From an archaeon (GTDB lineage Archaea; EX4484-52; B79-G9), in assembly GCA_043813875.1 (NCBI GenBank), contig JBDRKP010000012.1, forward strand, positions 1-31,802: DNA of 31,802 nt. Direction: 5' to 3'. Positions within the stretch are counted from its first letter, which is position 1. Each line of letters begins with the position of its first letter. Positions 26,751 to 31,802 of the stretch are shown piece by piece. Below the pieces are notes generated by a model. The model saw only the letters and a list, made by a program, of their open reading frames with translations, was not told the origin of the DNA and did no database searches. The position numbers and the translations under genes are program-made.

Positions 26751-29657
26751 ATTAAGCCATATAATGGATGACTTGGCTCAAGAGCCGATGAAGGGCGTGA
26801 CAAGCTGCGATAAGCTGTGGGGAGACGCAAGTGGTCTTCGATCCACAGATCCCTGAATAGGTTATCTCATCAACTCGATGGCTCCTAACAGAGCGGGAAC
26901 GCGGGGAATCGAATCATCCAAGTACCCGCAGGAAAAGAAAGCAATTGCGATACCGCTAGTAAAGTCGATCGAAAACGGTACAGGTCAATCCGAATCTTTA
27001 ACAGTAATGTTATAGAGATGTAGATTTCGCTTCAGACATTACCTCCTTTAATTTGAAAAGAATTCCTCTGGAAAGTGGAACTAGAAAGGGTGATAGTCCC
27101 GTATTTTAAAAATTAAAGGAACTAGTCTGACAGCAGAGTAGCTTAGGTTGGAAATCCTGAGTGAATTTGGGAGACAGTAGCTCCTAAACCTAAATACTCC
27201 TTGAGTCCGATAGCGTATTAGTACGGTGACGGAAAGTTGAAAAGTATCCGTAATAGGAAGTGAAAAGAGTCTGAAATTATATGGTCAAAGTAAGGTACGG
27301 CATCAAAGGATAGGGATTCGTCCCTGACCAGTGTCGTATCATGCGTTTCGAAAAAAGAGGTAGGGAGTATATCTAAGTGGCAAGGTTAACTGCTAAAAGC
27401 AGGAAGCCGTAGGGAAACCAATCGCCCGCAGCATCGCGAGGGGCATTGTATTAAACTGCATTTAGTCACTTGGATATTACCTGAACCCGTTCGATCTAAT
27501 CCTGGGCAGGATGAAGTGTGGCGAAAGCTGCATGGAGGTCCGAATCCGGTTGTGGATCACCTTCGGGTGACTTGGGATTAGGGGTGAAAAGCCAATCGAG
27601 AACGGTAATAGCAGGTTCCTTTCGAAATGAGCCGCAGCTCAGCCTGGAGCGAGGAAGATAACGATGTAGAGCTACTGATTAGGTATTTTGGGGGAGAAAT
27701 CCCTCGGTATCTTGTCAAACTCCGAAATCGTAATCACTGTAGACCTCCGGAGTGAGTGCTGTGGGGTAAGCCCATAGTACTAGAGGGGAACAACCCTGGC
27801 GAAAGTTAAGGTCCCAAAGTATTTGCTAAGTGTAATTAGAAGATTGTCCTATACCATAGACAATAGGGAGGTAGGCTCAGAAGCAGCCATCCTTTAAAGA
27901 AAGCGTAACAGCTCACCTATCTAGGTCTAAGGCGTCGTAAATGGACGGGGCTCAAGCAGATCACCGACACTTTCGGGCATTTGCGCAAGCGAATGATTCA
28001 GTAGAAAGGTATCGAGTTAGGGCAGAAGCAGGGCTGTGAGGTCCTGTGGACCTTATTCGACAAAGAATCCTACCGGTAGTAATAGTAAATAGTTAGGTGA
28101 GACTCCTAATGGCTGTAAGGGCAAGGTTTTCCCAGCAATGTTCGTCAACTGGGAGTTAGTCGGTCCTAACCAATCCCCTAACTGGGTGTTTGGGAAAGGG
28201 AAAGAGGTAAATACTCCTCTACTATAAAAATACACGCGGCAACGCAAGCTTAACTTCTGACACTTCGGAATAGGCTGACACGACTCATCAGTCGTGCCAA
28301 GCATATAACTCCATGGAGAACCGTAATGGTGAGAAATGGAAGAAATTGCGAATGGCTTTCCGTATGGAGAGTTCAGTCAATTTCTGGAGTTGATAAAAAA
28401 GGAGCTAAGACGGATTTTTTATAACCGTACCAAGAACCATCACTGGTGCCCTAGGTGAAAAGCCTAATGTGTTTCGGGAATAATCCAGCTTAAGGAACTC
28501 GGCAAACTAGCCCTGTACCTTTGGTAGAAAGGGTGTCCATTGCTCTGCACTCGTTGTAGATGCAGTGGATCACAGTAACGAGGGAAATCCGACTGTTTAA
28601 CAAAAACGTAACTGGCTGCTAGTCCGTAAGGATGTGTACAGCTGGTGACTCTTGCCCAGTGCCAGTATCTCAAACTTCGGTTCAACGGAGCTAAGGACTG
28701 GTAAACGGCGGTCGTAACTATGACGATCTTAAGGTAGCGTAATCCCTTGCCGATTAATTGTCGGCCCGCATCAATAGAGTAACGAGATTTCCGCTGTCTC
28801 AAGCTGGAACCCGGTGAACCCACTGTTTTGGTGCAAAGTCCAAAGACTTCCAACGGGAAGCGAAGACCCCGTGGAGCTTCACTGCAATCTGTAGTTGCGG
28901 TATGAGTCTAGATATATAGCGTAGGTAGTAGACTTCGATGCTGAGTCGCAAGGTTCAGCTGAGTCAACAATGTAACACTACCTTTCTAGAAACATGCTGC
29001 TTACCCTTTCAGGGGACACCTGCAGACGGGCAGTTTGGCTGGGGCGGCACACCCCTAAAAATTTATCAGGGGTGCCCAATGGTATCCTCAGACGGGACAG
29101 AAATCCGTCGTAGAGTGTAAAAGCAAAAGGATGCCTGACAGGATTTTGAAAAGCGAGAAATCCTGCCACGAAAGTGTGGTTTAGCGAACCCATGAAGCCT
29201 CCTATTGAGGCCCATGGATGACAGAAAAGCTACCCCGGGGATAACTGAGTTGTCACGAGCGAGAGTCCATATCGACCTCGTGGCTTGCTACTTCGCTGTC
29301 GGCTCTTCTCATCCTGGCTGTGCACAAGCAGCCAAGGGTGGGGGTGTTCACCCATTAAAGAGGATCGTGAGCTGGGTTCAGAACGGCGCGAGCCAGTTTG
29401 GTTGCTATCTGTTGGAAGTGTCTGTATCTGAGGGGAAGGCACGGAGAGTACGAAAGGAACACCGTGCCGTGGCCTCTAGTGAACCAGTGGTCTGACAAGG
29501 CTTCTGGATAGCCACGCCATAATCGATAAGAGCTGAAAGCATCTAAGCTCGAAGTGTACCCCAAAAAGAGATATTCGGACTCCTGTAAAAGACAGGTTTG
29601 ATAGACTCCGGATGTAAGCTTGGTAACAAGTTAAGTCCAGGAGCACTAATCGTCCTA
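26751..29657 (+). rRNA. rrl: 23S rRNA (ends approximate)
   Basis: GCCGATGAAGG near the 5' end, GTPase centre, H69 GTAACTATGAC, GCGAAGACCCC, GGGGATAAC, A-loop, sarcin-ricin loop, GCTGAAAGCATCTAAG. Confidence 0.97.
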
Positions 29658-29692
29658 GCGTATATGTGCGAACTTGTAATTCCAAACCTATG

Positions 29693-29705
29693 TATTTTTA
29701 TTTTT
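29693..29705 (+). terminator. T-rich tract after the 23S stem: possible terminator and/or TATA for rnpB
   Basis: TATTTTTATTTTT on an otherwise A-rich strand. Confidence 0.4.
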
Positions 29706-29723
29706 GAGAATCAAATAATGCTC

Positions 29724-30083
29724 ATTGGAGTGGAAGTTAGCTACCGGCCAATATATAAAAACAACATCTTCTGGTAACACAGAAGCTATTGCAAGATATT
29801 TATTGGCTGAGGAAAGTCCCCCCTCCCGGAATCCTAGCGATTCCGCGAACCATCAGAAGATGGAAGCCGAGAGGCTTGGCAATGCATCAGAAACGATACC
29901 AGCCGCAACCAAAGATGACGATAACTTCAGATGTTATTGCGGATCTGGATGAAACGGGCATCCTTTTAGGAGCAAGCGGTTAACCGCGCTCAGTCGAATG
30001 CTAACAGCCTTTTACCAGAAACAGTTAATACTTACTGTTTTGATGACAGAAGCAACAAAAGGGGGCTTACTCTCCACACCAAT
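29724..30083 (+). ncRNA. rnpB: RNase P RNA
   Basis: CR-I GAGGAAAGTCC at 29809-29819; CAGAAAC and TGAAAC in L11/12; CR-V AACAAAAGGGGGCTTAC at 30054-30070; P1 ATTGGAGTGGA/TCCACACCAAT; P2 GTTAGC/GCTAAC. Confidence 0.92.
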
Positions 30084-30105
30084 ACCAAAATAAAATGCTG
30101 ATAAA

Positions 30106-30273
30106 ATGGCAAAACAAAAACAAGGTCTTCCTTCAGGCACAGCAGGCCTGGTAAGATACTTCGACGATTTTCATGAAACAGTCCATATCAAACCAGAATG
30201 GGTAGTTGGCGCCACCATCTTCATCGTAGTCACGAGCTTCTTGTTAAGGCCATACATAACCACACTCTTCTAA
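30106..30273 (+). CDS. secG: Preprotein translocase subunit Sec61beta, 55 aa, not in the ORF track
   Basis: MAKQKQGLPSGTAGLVRYFDDFHETVHIKPEWVVGATIFIVVTSFLLRPYITTLF: AGLVRYFD and IxP motifs plus one C-terminal TM helix. Confidence 0.9.
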   Translation: MAKQKQGLPSGTAGLVRYFDDFHETVHIKPEWVVGATIFIVVTSFLLRPYITTLF

Positions 30274-30386
30274 ATTCTGACACACCATTCAATCAACTCA
30301 TCTAAACCAATCTATAGTGAATGCAAGACCAATTGCCGCAAACACTTAAAAAACTAATTCATCCAAAATAAGCATAACCAAAACAT

Positions 30387-30463
30387 GGACTCGTAGCTCA
30401 GCTGGATAGAGCACTAGGCTTCTAACCTAGGGGTCGGGGGTTCGAATCCCCCCGGGTTCGCCA
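30387..30463 (+). tRNA. tRNA-Arg(UCU), no intron, CCA encoded
   Basis: GGACTCG/CGGGTTC-G-CCA; CTAGG/CCTAG stem; TCT at 30421-30423; TTCGAAT T-loop. Confidence 0.96.
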
Positions 30464-30508
30464 CAAACACCAGTAACTAATTAAAATAAAGTGACAAATA
30501 CTCAATCA

Positions 30509-30602
30509 CTCCGGCGATGATTCCAAGATCGTCACCCGATGCACTGGGCGAACTGAACCTCCCCGAAAGCAAATGAGGACGTGAACACCCAATGAGCCGG
30601 AG
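30509..30602 (+). ncRNA. Box C/D 2'-O-methylation guide sRNA with three antisense elements to 23S rRNA
   Basis: 7-bp terminal stem CTCCGGC/GCCGGAG; C ATGATTC with D ATGA; D' CCGA and CTGA; C' ATGAGGA. Guides are complementary to 28721-28730, 28652-28662 and 29342-29351. Confidence 0.85.
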
Positions 30603-30705
30603 ACTAATTCTTCCGACCAAAATAAAAACCTTTCCCCACAATAAACACACGTGATTAAACAAAGCGACCTGTGACCTAAACCAAAACAGTACAAACAGCA
30701 CAATT

Positions 30706-30757
30706 GTGCGCTTGAACGAAGTGAAACGCACTTGATGATCAACCTTTCATAAGGTTG
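30706..30757 (+). repeat. Dispersed double-hairpin repeat (homolog of 19752-19803)
   Basis: 43/52 identity, with three compensatory base-pair changes. Confidence 0.85.
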
Positions 30758-30768
30758 AGGTGAAAAAG

Positions 30769-31802
30769 ATGCACAAAAAACTATTCATACCCGGCCCGAC
30801 AGAAGTAAGAGAAGACATCCTAAAGAAGATGTCAACCCCGATGATCGGACACAGAGGTAAGGAATTCGAGACACTATTTGCAGGCATCATCCCGAAAATG
30901 CAACAGATCATGTACACAAAAAACCCCGTGCTATTATCAACATCCTCAGCCACAGGCCTCATGGAAGCCGCCGTAAGAAACTGCACAGACCAAAAATGCC
31001 TGAACCTCTGCTGCGGCGCATTCTCCGAGCGCTGGCATGAGATAACGACTGCGAACGGCAAAGCCGCAGACACGATAACAGTAGACTGGGGAAAAGCGAT
31101 AAAACCGGAAATGCTCCGCGAAAAACTCGAAAGCGGCAGCTACGACGCAGTCACCTTCACCCACAACGAGACCTCGACAGGCGTCATGAACCCGATAGTT
31201 GAGGTAGCAGAAGTCATGAAAGACTACCCGGACATAATATTCATGGTCGACGCAGTAAGCTCATTTGCAGGCACAAAAATAGAAGTCGACAGGCTTGGAA
31301 TAGACATCCTCCTGTTCAGCGTCCAGAAAGCCATGGCGCTCCCGCCCGGCTTCTCCGTATGCTCAGTCAGCAAAAAAGCCCTTAAAAAAGCAGAGACCGT
31401 AAAAAACAAAGGCCACTACTTCAACTTCCTTGACCTGATGAAATCCTACGAAAAAAACCAGACCCCCTACACCCCCTCAATCCCGCACATGTACGCCCTC
31501 GACCAGCAGCTCACAGACATACTAAAAGAAGGCCTCGAAAACAGGTTCCAACGCCACAAAGACATGGCACGGATCGTAAGGTCATGGGCAAAAGAAAACT
31601 TCGAACTATACGCGGAACCCGGCTACGAATCAGACACCCTGACAACAATATCAAACACCAAAAACATATCCATTGGCGACCTCAACAAAAAACTAGGCGA
31701 ACGCGGCTACACCATATCAAACGGCTACGGAAAAATCAAGGATACCACATTCAGGATAGCCCACATGGGCGACATACAGGTCGAAGAAGTGAAAGCGCTC
31801 CT
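30769..31802 (+). CDS. Class V PLP-dependent aminotransferase (serine-pyruvate / alanine-glyoxylate / phosphoserine type), cut off by the window end
   Basis: MHKKLFIPGPTEV, MIGHRG, SSATGLMEAA, THNETSTG, VDAVSS, SVQKAMALPPG with the PLP Lys, TPYTP, FRIAHMG; SD GAGGTGA. Confidence 0.93.
   Translation, partial: MHKKLFIPGPTEVREDILKKMSTPMIGHRGKEFETLFAGIIPKMQQIMYTKNPVLLSTSSATGLMEAAVRNCTDQKCLNLCCGAFSERWHEITTANGKAADTITVDWGKAIKPEMLREKLESGSYDAVTFTHNETSTGVMNPIVEVAEVMKDYPDIIFMVDAVSSFAGTKIEVDRLGIDILLFSVQKAMALPPGFSVCSVSKKALKKAETVKNKGHYFNFLDLMKSYEKNQTPYTPSIPHMYALDQQLTDILKEGLENRFQRHKDMARIVRSWAKENFELYAEPGYESDTLTTISNTKNISIGDLNKKLGERGYTISNGYGKIKDTTFRIAHMGDIQVEEVKAL

Noticed and set aside
29750..29761. AATATATAAAAA as a promoter
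   Set aside because: It lies inside the P3 helix of the RNase P RNA.
30553..30566. A fourth guide, CTGAACCT, against 23S GGGTTCAG (around G2583)
   Set aside because: Only 8 bp including a G-U pair, and it overlaps a D' box, so it could be chance.
30505..30605. 5S rRNA, SRP RNA or a riboswitch (fluoride, glycine, ZTP)
   Set aside because: It lacks CCGAAC and the 5S helix order, the SRP helix-8 motif and the riboswitch cores. The box C/D model explains it better.

Overview
Core translation region of an A-rich archaeal genome, with nearly everything on the + strand. A DPANN-like, reduced lineage is inferred from T-loop tRNA introns, divergent rRNA, Lys/Glu-rich ribosomal-protein tails and missing adk/cmk. 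Order: a possible IS200/IS605-type end at the left edge; rtcB; the S10-spc ribosomal protein cluster (uL3 to uL15, with aIF1, Rpp29 and an unannotated 59-aa CxxC zinc-finger ORF between eL32 and eL19); secY; an EMC3/DUF106 insertase; eL34; eL14; cbf5; trm112; tRNA-Ser; the alpha cluster (uS13, uS4, uS11, rpoD, tRNA-Leu, eL18, uL13, uS9, rpoN); three tRNAs; a 16S-tRNA-Ala-23S operon with no 5S; RNase P RNA; Sec61beta; tRNA-Arg; a box C/D guide RNA; and a truncated class V aminotransferase. Five of the seven tRNAs carry introns, two of them in the T-loop at 59/60. The most notable items are: (1) an atypical box C/D sRNA with three antisense elements matching this window's own 23S (predicting Cm1920, Um2552 and possibly Cm1836); (2) a dispersed double-hairpin repeat with compensatory base changes downstream of two tRNAs; (3) substitutions at near-invariant rRNA functional sites (16S A1405-U1496; 23S C2503, U2453/U2499, GAAA sarcin-ricin tetraloop); (4) a SecY with an apparent two-helix insertion. 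All calls were made by eye; no searches were run.
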